Positions 1 to 12,105 of a stretch of 64,000 nucleotides of DNA are shown piece by piece (position 1 is the stretch's first letter; each line of letters begins with the position of its first letter). The DNA comes from Lama guanicoe (lineage: Eukaryota). The stretch is taken from the NCBI GenBank assembly GCA_013239625.1, contig MU054212.1:2480001-2544000 (forward strand), read 5' to 3'. Position numbers and translations under genes: made by a program. Below the pieces are notes generated by a model. It saw only the letters and a program-made list of their open reading frames with translations. It had not been told where the DNA came from and made no database searches.

Positions 1-132
1 TAATTTCACTCATGTGGGCTCTATCCTCAAGACCTAATCACAGCTCAAAGGCCCCACCTCTTCATACCATCACCTTGTGGGTTAGAAGTTCAATGTATGA
101 ATTTGGGGGAAACACAAACATCCAGTCCATAA
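1..132 (-). mobile_element. MaLR LTR (MLT1A/MST-like), 5' portion, cut by window edge
   Basis: Reverse complement of 60-132 resembles the MLT1A/MST start (tatggactg..tgtttgtg..ccccc aaattcata..ttgaa). Confidence 0.8.
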
Positions 133-144
133 AAAAAAAATGGA

Positions 145-560
145 GTATGAAAAGGGGAAAATGGGAACGTTGCAGAGGAGTGATCAACAGACACACCTTA
201 ATTACATGGTCAAGATTGAGATCACCAGTAATAAGTCATGTTAGTCTCATGTGTCCTTTGATATGATGCACTGAGAGGACACTTCACTTCTGGGATTCTT
301 CCCCCAAAATCTATTCATCACAGTCTATTTATGAGAAAATATTAGACGAACCCAAATAGAGGGACATTCTACAAATGCCTGACCCACACGATCCTGGAGT
401 GTCACAGTCATGAAAACAAGGAAAGATAGAGGAACTGTCACAAATTGGAGGAAAGTAAGATGTAATAACTAAACACAGTGTGAGATCCTGAATTCAGTCC
501 TAGAACAAAATAGACATAAGTGAAGAAACTGATTAAATGTAAATAAAACCCATTTTTTAA
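145..560 (+). mobile_element. Old L1 3' UTR fragment (L1MC-like)
   Basis: L1MC-type motifs aacccaaatagagggacattctac and catgaaaacaaggaaag..gaggaactgtcacaaattggagg. Confidence 0.8.
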
Positions 561-629
561 ATAAACAAGCAAACAACCTTCCAGTGCCTAAACAGCAAAG
601 CACAAATATTCCTGAGCTGGAAACACGAG

Positions 630-1130
630 ACCCTCTGAATGTAACTCAGATGCCTCTTCTGCCTCTCTTGCCACCTCGCACTTTCTTCTACTCTTCAACC
701 AAACCAAACCGGGTGAGTGGGCTCAGCCACCTGCATCTTCCTGCCTCTTCTCTAATTTCACCCTCTGCCTGGTATGTCTTCTCCCCTCTGCTTCATGTAC
801 CTACTCACCTGTTTATCTGATAATTGTCTTTTTTAAAGCTCAGTCCAAGAATTTCTTCCTCGATGAATTTTTTTCCAACCATCCCTGCATCCTAGTGGTC
901 AGTCTTTCCTCCCCCTCACTTTCTCAGTGACACCAGGAATCCCACAGCTATTTTATCAGCATCTATAACATTTTAGTACATTTCTTTCAATGACTGTATC
1001 TTCCTTTGCTAGATAAAAAAATTCTTGAGGGAAGCCTGATCGTATTCATCTTTTATAGCCTTGGAGTTTAGCGCATACTTTATACATATTGAATGAATGA
1101 ATGAATAAATAAATGAATGAATTAATGAGT
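630..1130 (+). mobile_element. L2 3' end
   Basis: CT-rich L2 body ending in a (GAAT)n/(AAAT)n tail at about 1090-1130. Confidence 0.75.
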
Positions 1131-2559
1131 GAAAGAGATATGAACCCATACTAGAAATCTATTGGCTAGAATGATGGATGTGTAAATTCATCTCAGCTAT
1201 GCAGACACATTTGAAGAAAATTTTCACTCAAAATTTCCAAATGCTTTGTAGGAATACGTAAAGCAATTCTTAAAACACTTCTAGAGGTCAGCAGATATCC
1301 TGGTGGAAAGCCGAGGCCTTCCACAAATGAGCCCATGTCATGGAGGACCCAGGCCCTGGAGCTCTCCTCTGCACAATTCTCATTCCCAGTTACTCTGTCA
1401 GATCAATTAAAATAGCCCCACACAGAGCCATATGCATCCTCATTTAAATGCATGGCCTTTATTTCAGTCAAATCTGTACCTTGAAGTTATATACCTTTCA
1501 AAACTCTCCCAAGTCAACTGGGCTGCTTCCTGTCACGCTTGCAGAATGAAAACTTGTTTTCCATGGTATCTTTCACCAAAATTCTCCAAAAAAAATTTTA
1601 GTTCACTATCATTTACCAGGACATCTTCCTGAATTTTTATTCTTTCTCCCAGGATAGTGTCTGAAGTTAAGCAAGAGTTCTCCAAGCATGAAGATCATTA
1701 AGTATGGGCTGGACTGGAGAGAAGATAAGATTCTCTGATATGATCATAATCAGCATATTTATCTATTTAGTATCTACTGCATCCACACATACACAGCATT
1801 CTGATAAAATTATGGCAGATGTACAAAGGTTTAACACATTGTCTCTACCACAGGAGGAAGAGAGATCTAGAGATGGAGACCACCCATATCCCTTTAAAAA
1901 ATGGCTAGTACTACAAAAACAAAAATGGTTAAACCTCTGCTTCAAAGGTCCCCAACTCTTCCTTCTCAGGGGATGCTAAACAAAAAAGCCAGGTCCCAAA
2001 GCATCATCTTGACGGAGTAAATAAAACATCAACTACAAAAGACCCTGCCTCTGACCAGGACTCAGAACTTAAAAGGTGTCCCCCAGCCCCAGTGTATCCA
2101 TCAAAAAAGAACTGACTTCCCACGCCATTTCTTTCCCCTTGTCTCTGAAATAAGGAGCTTTTCTCTCGTTGGCTAATTTCTTCCTAGAACGTAGGCAGAG
2201 GAGAGGATGACTGATTACTATCTGTCCAACTACTTTATCTAACTCAGGAGGGAAAAATTTAATAAGCCAGAACAACCTTCCAGTTGGGTCCATCCATTTG
2301 GGTTGATTCTGTTCCTGTAGTAACCATCACAAAGTTATCTTTTGACTCATGAAGTCTTGAAGCAACACACGATCACCGTCTGAATCTTCAATATTATTAT
2401 GACTCTAACATCTCTTTTCCAAATAGAGGGGAAAAAAACACATGTGAAAAAGGAACTTTTCCCATGCAAGAATTCCTTTTCATCTCTGTCTCCAAGTTTC
2501 AATAGTGGCAAGGAGAATTTTAAGGAAAATTCGACAACTTTGATAAATAAGCACTGTAG

Positions 2560-3050
2560 AAATTGAGAGAAGGGAAGTTTAAAGAGAACTGAGCTCTGAA
2601 GAACAAACATACTTAAAATAGTGCTGAAGTGAACAGATATTCCAGGCAGACAGAGCAAAGGCATAGGCAGGAATGCTTATGGTGAGTTCAGGGTATTCCT
2701 AGATTCACTGAAGCAGGGACTACCTGTAGGGGCAATGGGAGATGTCAAATGGGAAAGGTCTGCAGTGCCAGAAAAGAGATTTTCCTCCGTAATGTTGAGG
2801 TGGGAACCGTTTATGATCTGTGTTTAGAGGATGTATATGGGGGAGGAATATCTTAGGAAGCAGAAGTATACTGGCTGGATTAGAGAAGACCCTGGAGGCC
2901 AGAAGAAAGTAGTAGAGACCTTATCTTAACAGCAGTTTGAATAGAAAGAAAGGGATATATGAGAAGATGCTCGTGAAGGCAAAGTTAACAGGACTTAAGG
3001 ACAGACTAGGCATGGAGGGGAAAGGAGACAAGGTGACTCTCAAAGTACCC
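2560..3050 (-). mobile_element. L2 fragment
   Basis: Purine-rich antisense L2 motifs (attccaggcaga..gcaaaggc; gaaggcaaagttaacaggactt). Confidence 0.65.
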
Positions 3051-3074
3051 AAAAGAATAGCCATGCAACCTAAA

Positions 3075-3320
3075 GAGAAGATTCAAGACTCTGGAGCCAA
3101 CTGCCTGGGTTGGAATTCTGTCTCTCACACTTAGTAACTGTGTGACTTTTGGGAAATTACTCGGCCTTCCTGTGCCTCAGTTTCATCACCTGTAACACAA
3201 GGATGATATCAGCATCTACCTCATAAAGTGGTTGTGATATTAAATGAGTTGAAATATGCAAAAGTATTTAGCATAGTACCTGGCACCCAGAAAACTGTAG
3301 TACATTTAGTTGCTGTTGTA
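3075..3320 (+). mobile_element. MIR SINE
   Basis: gactctggagcca..ctgtgtgac..gcctcagtttc..ctgtaa core and atagtacctggcac 3' end. Confidence 0.9.
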
Positions 3321-6300
3321 GGTGCTGTAGTTGGTACAGAAACATCAAGACTATTAGCAATAGGGATAAAAACTAAATCCTTTCAGAAATTGCTCTGGAG
3401 AGAATGGAGAGGTAAACCTGGAACTGGAATATATTACAGTAAGTCCTTTTTAACATTTAATGGTAAGTCATATTTGCCATTAGGGTATGAAGTCCCCCTT
3501 TCATCTCCCCTGTCCTCAAATACATATTTCCCCAGCTACCCTCATGTGTCCAGGCCTCCTAAGAGATCCACCCTAAAATTTCCAATCCTAGTTTATTTAA
3601 ATGGAAATGAAATTTCACTGGGGATACTTACTGGTTGAAAGGGGATTTTAAAGTCATTTTTAAGTAGAGAAGCATCACTCTAAATGCAGAAACCTCCAAG
3701 AGAGATACCTTCCAGAGGACACTGCTCTGAATATTATATAATCAGGGCATCTAAGGATGAAAATCAATCCCCAGGAACATTTGCCCCTCATCCTGCCTCA
3801 GACAAGGACATTGCCAAAACGCTCAGTCACCATTTCCCCAACTGCAAAGTGAGGCTAAAAATATAAATATTACTCTAATAGGAATTGTACTTATTTGAGA
3901 GAAAAGGAACAAGGGGAAAATAGTAAATAAATTAAAAAAGAGAACATGTATTTGAAAACTATTACACATTATTAGGTTGCGGGGAGGAGGGTAGGGAATT
4001 GTGGCACCTAAATACTTATTGCAAGGAGGATGTTGGGAATTAGGAACACTGGCCTTAGTCTCCTCTCTGCAACTGAACCACAACTGGACTTGGAGCAAAC
4101 TGCTTAATCTTCATCCACCTTCAGACTTCGCTAATGTCTGATCTCCTGGGTTCCTTAAAGTGACAGGCAACTTAAGTAAAGGTGTCATTTTCATTCAGTG
4201 GTTTTTTTTTTCTTAATATAATGATGAAGGCAGCAATCATCAGTATTAACATAACATCCAAGGAGCTCAAGGCACATGACAGACACCATTATTACTCTTA
4301 ACGTTTTTAATATTTTTACTGTTTTTGCCACCATCGGTAGTGCCAGTTGGTCCCAATATATTTGCCATCAAACAGCCTCCCTGCTTTAGACAGAAACCTT
4401 GCAGTTGCTATTTTTAAAGGCTGCAAAGTGAAATATTTCTATTCAATAGGGGGAGGAAAGAGAGAACTGAATTTTGAGGCAGTTTGACTCTTTTCTTACA
4501 TGGAGGCATCCCAGTTCAAGATAAATGCAGACTCATTATTTGATGGATGACCAAACTTGTCAGGCCTGCACAGGCTCTACCTAGTATGTGCAGCCATGTC
4601 TCTAGCCTTGGCCTCCCCTAGACTTTCCTACTAGGGATGTTTATAATGTCCCTCATTTCCAGACTCAGTTCCACCCCAATGTGTAAGCCAGTTCTGCTAA
4701 GGCCAAAGCGTATCAACTGAATCAGCACATCCTGCTGCTCCAGTATCACCTTGGATTAGCCATAGGCCTAGTTCTGACTGCTGGGTTCACATGTTCTCCT
4801 TGAATCTTTTTCCTGTTCATTAATCAGACCCTGTGCCTTAATCCCCAAAAACTCTTGGGTGTCAACTTTATCTGAATTACAGCTCTCCCATCAAGCCCCA
4901 TAGTCACATCATGTGCCTATAACCCATAAACCCCATCATTCTAAGCAGTTATCTTGACTATTTCTCCAGACATAGACTGATTTATGGCCATCTCATCAAT
5001 GACTTAGGGGTCTTGGAATTATGTCAGCCCTCTACAATCTTGTCATGGCTCTAGAGCAGAGGAACCCTGAAATAATTGAGATTAAATTTCCTACTAGCCC
5101 AGTGGGATAGGGGTTCTGGTAGAATTACATCACTGTAGAAAATAAAATTATTTTACACACACTTCTGAGTTTGGGACTGAGGCTCATGTCCCCCAGCCTT
5201 TTACCAGCATCCATCCTCCTGGGACTGGTCTATACTTCTACCTACAGGTATGCACTCTCCCGCCAATACAAAGATCTCTCAGATAACAGTGACTACCAAT
5301 CTGGCTTCCAGGTTTGAACAGCCACCTACAGTAGCTGCTCCCTATACCACGAACTGTACCAAAGCACTTCCCCTGCCATCCTTCCATCTTGATAGGAACG
5401 ATCCAACCTTCTTGCCATGAGATTTCCTTCTAAAACCCTAGGATAGTCTTTCCTAGCCAAGGGACCTTCTCCCCAAGAACAGGCACATATTCATATACCC
5501 AGGAAAATGTATTTTGGTCACAGGGATTCACTGACTCGTCAGGGGCCAGTGCCTTGGCCCCAGATTAAGAACTCCTGCCTTTGATTACAGGTTCAATACA
5601 TGCTCAGTTCATCTTGCTTACTCAGCAGCTGAGAAGGGGAGAGGACTCTCCCAGCTCCAAGCCACTGACAGTAATGTTAAATGCTGCAAGGAAGACATCT
5701 GGTTTGACTGCTCCAAAGAATGACCTCTTCTGAGCATATTTCTAGAACACTCATGTGTAAAATTTATGGTTTTCCTTCAAAACCAAATAATATGTGTCAT
5801 TTTAAAGCGATATATATATATTAATTCTGCAATAATCCTTTTTAAAAAATAGACTTCAGTTGGGGGAAAAAAAAAAGTCTAGAATTCCAACTGGGACTGT
5901 CAGGAACAAATACCCTAGCAATGGAGTCAGGGACCTTCCTATCCCACCTTTCCCTCTCCAAGCCTCAGGGCAGAGTTCGGATGGAAATGTCTCAGCATCA
6001 AGTCACTCATTATGGCTTTTGTGGCCTTGATCAGAGGTTCTAGAAATACAAGTATGCCAATGAATAGCTGAGATGCAGAAAAGAGACGCAATTCCAGTAG
6101 GAAACTTGAGAGCAGCACCTCCTCTCCTCTTTCTCTCTTCTTCGTAAGGGTTTTGTTCATAAGGGTTCTTCATAGGAAAGAGCTGAGGATGGGACTGAGA
6201 GTAACACGATTTTTGCCTCCTTCCTCTCTCACCAATAATCCTGTCCATAAGCAGTTACAGAACCAAAACTAAGACTGGGGTGAGAATATACCATAATTAC

Positions 6301-6442
6301 TTTCAACTCTTTTTCACATACATAGAATCATGAAGTCAACATTTTAAAGATCATTTTGTCTCTCTGAATAAATTATGCCCATTTTTTAAGTTCTCTGAGA
6401 ATGAGGTCTCCCCAAGATCTGAGCCAGTATTTTATGCCCCTC

Positions 6443-6530
6443 ACATTCACTCATTCAACAAATATTTATTGTGCATATGCTATATGCACAAGTCCTGTCC
6501 TAGAAACGAAGGTTACAATGGGGACCTGCA
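6443..6530 (-). mobile_element. L2 3' terminus
   Basis: cattcactcattcaacaaatatttattg. Confidence 0.75.
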
Positions 6531-6639
6531 GACACCCTACTCTTTCTAGTCACAGTGAACCAGAAAGGCCAACATTGGACAAATGTAACATCTGTGAGGC
6601 CAGAGAAGGGTGGGGATCTCCCATATATGGACTCAACCT

Positions 6640-7860
6640 AGAGGAGAAGTTTCTTCCTCACATCTAACTGAAATCCATCTTATATCATTTGAGCCCATTT
6701 TTCCTTGACACAAATAAAGAAGAGATAATACCGTCATAGAATGGCTACACTCATAAAATTATCCCTGATTCTTCTCTTCTCCTGCTTAAACAGATTCAGT
6801 TCCCTTCACATTGCCTCACAGGACATATTTCCTTCCTTTCATAATAACTTTCCTCTCATTGGTGCAGACCTTTCTCATTTACAAGACGCTTTGTGGTTTA
6901 CAGAGCACTTCCGCATCATTACCACACTTTGATCCTCCCAACAATCCCACAAGGAAGGTACTGAAGATATTTGCTGAGCGCCAAGTATGCCCAAGGCACT
7001 GTTCGAGGGCTGTGAAGGCACCTGTGCCACTTTACACTTGTCCTCATTGAAATTTATCCCAATTTTGTAGAGCCATTTTCTCAATGAGTCAAGGCCATTT
7101 TGAATTTTATTTCTGTCTTGCAGAGCAATAACAACCCCACCTAATTTAGTGCCAGCTTCCAATTTAATGAGTATAGTCTTAATTCCTTCATCCAAGCCAT
7201 TAATATAGTTATTGAGTAGGAAAGATCCTGGCCCCAATACCTCTGGGACAGCGCTCAATATGTCCCCCTAGATTGATGCCAGGCCATTGATAACTCCCTT
7301 TGGGATGAAGTCTTCCAGCCTCTTGCAGAAGTGTAGATGGGAACATACTCTTCCAATGTGCCAAAGACACCACCTGGTTTAAAAAAATCAAAACTTTTAC
7401 TATAATTGAGATAGATCCCATCTATCAATTCCCCTAGTGTATGTAGCCTCTCACAATCATGGCAGGAAATTAAATCTGCCTAGCACTATTTGCTCTTCAT
7501 AAAGCTTTACTGATTGCTATTCAGTATTTTATGTTCTTTCAGGTGCTATCCAATTGATTATCTGATGAGTTATTCAAAGATGTGGAAGATCTTTCCAGGT
7601 ATTGATATTAAGCTCACATGTCTGAAATTTCCAGGGTCATCCTGTCTCTCTTTTGGAGACGGACACATCATTTACCCTTTTGCTATCCTTAGGGGCTTTT
7701 CCAATCCTCTGTGATTTGGGGGAAACACCGGCTAATAGTCCTAGGATGGAAGTTGAAAATTCATTCAATATCCTACAGGGCAAGCCATCACGTCCTGCTG
7801 ACTCAAACATATTAGGTTTTTCTAAGTTTTCTAACTTTGTTGTCCCTTTGGCTTTCTAGA
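6640..7860 (-). mobile_element. CR1/L3 LINE ORF2 relic (reverse transcriptase), interrupted by MIR/L2 pieces
   Basis: Minus-strand translation VPEVLGP..NNYINGLDEGI..LIKLEAGTKLGG..DRNKIQNGLDSL.KW...FNEDKCKV parallels the CR1 RT motif GVPQGSVLGP..NIFINDLD.G...KFADDTKLGG...FN..KCKV. Region 6640-6705 resembles the CR1 ORF2 C-terminal NGLK..FRLDVRKK motif. Confidence 0.85.
6885..7020 (-). mobile_element. MIR/L2-like fragments inside the L3
   Basis: tttacagagcacttcc..tttgatcctcccaacaatcc and atatttgctgagcgcc..ggcactgtt. Confidence 0.55.
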
Positions 7861-8009
7861 CTCCTATTACAACTGGGACTTATTCCAGGCAGCAATTTAT
7901 AACTGTTATTATCTTTCCCTCTGGAGGAGGGGAGTGAAGAGAACATTGCAAAAATAAAATAAATAAAATAAAAAGCTCTACCTTCTCTCTCTCTCTCTTC
8001 TGCTTTAGC

Positions 8010-8415
8010 ATCTTTGACAGAGACAATGCCAGATACTCACGTCCCATTTCCTTTTCCTCTCCTTGCCATACTGCAAGATTGCATTTCCCAGCTCCCTTGC
8101 AGTTAAACTGAAGTCATGGGGTTGGGATTGGGCCAGTTTACTGATGGAAGGAATGATGCCCACCATTTTCTGGCCTGGACCCAAAACTCTCTGCATGATC
8201 CTCATGCTTTCTCTTCCCCTTTGCTGACATCCATAGGCATGTTGATAAGGTAACAGCAAAGAGGAAAGGAGACTGGACACCTGAATAACCACTCAGGAGT
8301 GCTGCCCAGGAGACTTGCTCAATGTGCATTGGACGGTGATATAAATAAGAGACGCATTCTGGTGTTGTTAAACCACTAGCTATTAGGAAGTTGGGTTTTT
8401 TTATGCTGATGCAAA
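8010..8415 (+). mobile_element. MaLR LTR (MLT1I/J-like)
   Basis: gcatttcccagctcccttgcagtta.. and 3' gttgttaaaccact..ttggg motifs. Confidence 0.75.
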
Positions 8416-8609
8416 ATCTCTCTCCTTATAGTCTTCTCACATTAACCTCGGTTTTGCCCTTTGAGATCATACAGGGGATATTTCTCTGTCGATTACAAAG
8501 TAAAATTTTCTCTTGGTATCATTTTTGGACCAATGAAATATCTAAAAAATATCTTTTTGTATTTTCTATTATCTTTCTTAGGTATATATTTTCATTTTAA
8601 CTTTGCTAA

Positions 8610-8720
8610 TCAGTCATACTAGTTTATATAAATATTATTTATATAATATTTAGTAATTTTTAACTTAATGATATTTAATAATATAATATAATATATTTAT
8701 TTTATTTTAATGTAAATTGT
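8610..8720. repeat. AT-rich low-complexity tract
   Basis: Nearly pure A/T sequence. Confidence 0.8.
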
Positions 8721-8939
8721 TATTTCATTTGGAGGAGACCTTGACAAAGGATCTTTAATCCATCAATATGCTACACAAAGAGAAAACTGCCAGGATCAAT
8801 TTTATTTTTAAGTCATAAAGAATTACAGTGGGTGTGGTATCTGTGTATGTATGTGTTTTCATTTGACAAGATTCTGTCAAGTTCTTTAACAGAAAGAATA
8901 ATACAACAAATGCCTGTCACCAAATATTTTTAAATGTTC

Positions 8940-9710
8940 GGTTTCTCGATATCTACAAGAAACACACTTGACAGGTCAAGTTCCTCTGGCCCCGCCACCC
9001 AGTCTCATTTCCTTACTCTTACTTCAGAGAAAAGCAGTGTGCCTTTTCATACTTAACTACTTTCACTATACTAACTATACATATCTGATCATAAAGAATG
9101 TGTTTTATTGTGTGATGTGTTTTAGTTCACATAAACGGCATTGTTTTGTATATATTTCTACATAACTTGATTTTTGTCATTTAATGTTATATTTTGAGAT
9201 ATAATCAATGTGATACATACAGATCTAGTTTATTCATCTTTAATTGCTTGTGGTTTTAATCCATTGTATAAATAAGTAACAGCAGGAGTTTACCCATTTT
9301 CCTATTCATATATCGACATTTTGTTTACTTCCAATTTATCACTATTACAATAACGTCAATTGCCCTCCAAAGTGGTTATACCACTTTACTTTCCCACAAG
9401 TTGTACATGCAAATTCCTATTTCACCATCTCTTTATCAACACTTGGTAATGTTAGTTTTATTTTTGCCAGTCTTCTAGATATTACTGGTTAAGTTTGTAT
9501 TTTATTCTTTTCAGTCTTCATTTGTGTCCTTCAGTGGTTTGCAAGATTCTTCCCAAAGGTGTTATAAATGTCATTCAGATGAATTCTAAAATATCTTATA
9601 GTTTTGTTGGTCATATGAGTGAAGTATTTGTACTTTCACATTTTTCTAACTGAAAATTAAAAACACTATTGCTCATATTCAGAAATGTTATTGATTTTTG
9701 TGTGATTAAT
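8940..9710 (-). mobile_element. Old L1 (L1ME-like) fragments
   Basis: gatctagtttattcat..ccattgtata; ttgccctccaaagtggttatacca..tttcccac. Confidence 0.7.
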
Positions 9711-9827
9711 AATTCTCCAAAAGGAAGGCTTATAAAAAACAACCTAGCAAAGAAATATCTAGGGAAGAAAATTTTTACTTTTTTAAAGTATCTTATATTA
9801 TTTTCATTTGCTAATACAGAGCTCAGC

Positions 9828-9900
9828 CTTCATTCACTTAACAAATATTATTTAATATCTACTAAGTCCTAGGCCCTATGCTTAATAACGGGGCTCCTCC
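9828..9900 (-). mobile_element. L2 3' terminus
   Basis: cattcacttaacaaatattattt..ctact...ctaggccctatgct. Confidence 0.6.
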
Positions 9901-11184
9901 AGTGAGAATAACTCTCAACAAACAAATGAAACAATAAAATGAGATTTTTTTATATTTACTGAGAATCTACATTCCACGATTACAGGAATTCAGTAGCTCT
10001 TGGAATTCCAACCCTTTCTCTAAATTTCCCAAACCTCAGAACATAAGTATCTAAAATTGCTTCTTTCTGCCATGTGATGTCACAGCAGGAAATCGATCCT
10101 CCATCTCTCATAGACGATACTGACTTGTATTATTGGAATGCACTACATTTTACCATACCAGCCCTCATTCCCACACACCTGCCCATACTTCATCAAATGC
10201 CGGTACTGGTGCTTTCTCTTCCACATCACCATTGCCTCTAGGTCACTAAGAGTACAGGACAGGGAGACTGCCCCTCAGATCACCTGAATACAATTCAACA
10301 AATTCTCTGGGTACAGGTGCACTTCTTTCTAATGGATGATTCATAGGCAACATGCAGGCAGCGGGCAGGAGATGACCCTCACCTGACAGTCCCAAGAAGC
10401 GCAAGCCCAGTTTTTCCCTGTTCCTGCACTCAGGCCACTGGCTATGTTCTCTAGCACGCAAGGAACCTTCTGCAGGATTGGCTCTATTGCCTTGGGATTC
10501 TCTAGTAATGCTGCTGATGGCACACAGCAGTAGCTCAACAGACTCACCACGGACTTGTCTCCATTTTGAGCACCCCCTTCTCAGCCCTGCCCCAACCCCC
10601 TACAATTCTCCCAAGGTGATCTGGTTTTCCCTCTATTATTTTTCCAATTGACTGTGATAGTATAAAATTCATCCTCAACTTCCCCTCCTTTTTGAATTTC
10701 AAGAGCCTATATCAAAAGTCAGATAGACTGAATACTTTCTGTCCTCTGCAATCACAAACCTAAATCTCCTCAAGGAAAGCAGCTACCTCCAAAAGCCCAG
10801 ATGCATCCCAAGACCTGTCTTACCAACCAACCCCAAGGAAGGGAATAGAGTGTTCTTCCCTTTAAGGTCCAGGCCTAAGGCTGGGCCTTAACCCATTAAC
10901 TCTCACCTCCACACAACCTTCACACTGATGTTCCTGGATCCTCCTGAACCAACCTGACATGATACTGCAAAGAGAACTTTGAACAACCTTCCTTCTTCCA
11001 TAAAAACTATATTCCTACTATAGCAAATTACTATGCGTTCTTGGACACTCTATGCTGTCCCTGAGCCATATCCAAATTCCTTCTCTCTGTAGATGGAATA
11101 AAACATAGGAAAGGTTGAATTCTTCTTCTTCTCCTTAACTTTTCTGTGAAGGAGGAAGAGAGAAGATCTGATATATAACATCGC

Positions 11185-11718
11185 ACATTTTGTGTATGGT
11201 TAGAGGGCTCATCAATCCCACTGTGGTGCTTTAAAATGCAGACTCCCTAAAACATAGATACAAATTCTATATACAAACCAAAAATAGATTCATGGACATA
11301 GAAAACAAACCATGCTTAGCAAAGGGGAAAGGGCAGGCGAGGAGGGATAAACTAGGGGTTGGGAATTAACAGACACACGTTACTATATATAAAATAGGTA
11401 AACAACAAGGACCTACTGTATAACACGGGGAACTATATTCAATTTCTTATAATAATATATAATGGAAAAAAATCTGAAAAGAAAAAATACGTATGTATCT
11501 ATAAATGAATCACTTTGCCATACACCTGAAACTAACATTGTAAATCAACTGCACGTCAATACAAAAATTTTTATTTAAATAATAAATAAAATGCAGATTC
11601 CAAGGCCTCACCCCAGAAATTCTAAGGTCTAGAATGGAGAACAGAACTTTGCATTTTAAGCCAATATCCAGGGTTATTCTGATGCAAATGGTCCTTAAAA
11701 CACACTTTGAGAAACATC
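11185..11718. mobile_element. MER5-family hAT-Charlie element split by an L1
   Basis: ttaaaatgcaga(c/t)tcc..cctcaccccaga..tgcatttt..attctgatgca..cactttgagaaac. Confidence 0.75.
11247..11587 (+). mobile_element. 5'-truncated L1 3' end (cetartiodactyl type) with 14-bp TSD
   Basis: gacatagaaaacaaac..aacaacaaggacctactgtata..acacctgaaactaac with an A-rich tail. TSD aaaatgcaga[c/t]tcc at 11233-11246 and 11588-11601, at a TT/AAAA site. Confidence 0.9.
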
Positions 11719-11814
11719 CAAGAGTTCCACAGACAACAGATTAAAAACCCAAAGCCATGGAATAACAAATGATTTTCAGAAGCCCTTTCCAACAAGGGGC
11801 ACGGCTGATTTGTT

Positions 11815-12105
11815 CTCACTTCAGGTTTCTGGTCAAATGTCCTCAGCTCAGAGAGGACTTCCATGACCATCTTGTAGTCACTCTCTGATGATGCTTTATT
11901 CCTTTATAGGAGTTATTGCTCTGTATTTTGTATTTATTTATTCACTCATTTACTAATCATGTGTCTTCTGCCAGAGCAATGCAAGCTTCCTGGGAGCAGG
12001 GGATTGTCTGCCTTTTCATTACTGTGTCCTCAGTTCCTAGAACAATACTGTAAGAGGTGCCCAGTAAAAGAATGATGAAAAATCAAGCGTATCTGTGAAT
12101 GAATA
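11815..12105 (+). mobile_element. L2 3' end
   Basis: tcaaatgtc..ctcagagagg..ttccatgacca; gcaagcttcctgggagcaggg..cctagaaca. Confidence 0.8.

Noticed and set aside
3228..3638. 136-aa ORF
   Set aside because: Starts within a MIR at GTG and has no recognisable homology.
4500..5480. Possible ancient retroelement internal sequence
   Set aside because: Only a vague resemblance; no motif I could align with confidence.
6875..7258. 127-aa ORF as a functional reverse transcriptase or domesticated gene
   Set aside because: Partial domain, catalytic aspartates lost, non-ATG start, and the C-terminal part runs into unrelated repeat sequence.
10370..10560. Minus-strand donor sites (GTG|gtgagt at 10548, CAG|gtgagg near 10383) as coding exons
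   Set aside because: No convincing matching acceptor or recognisable peptide.
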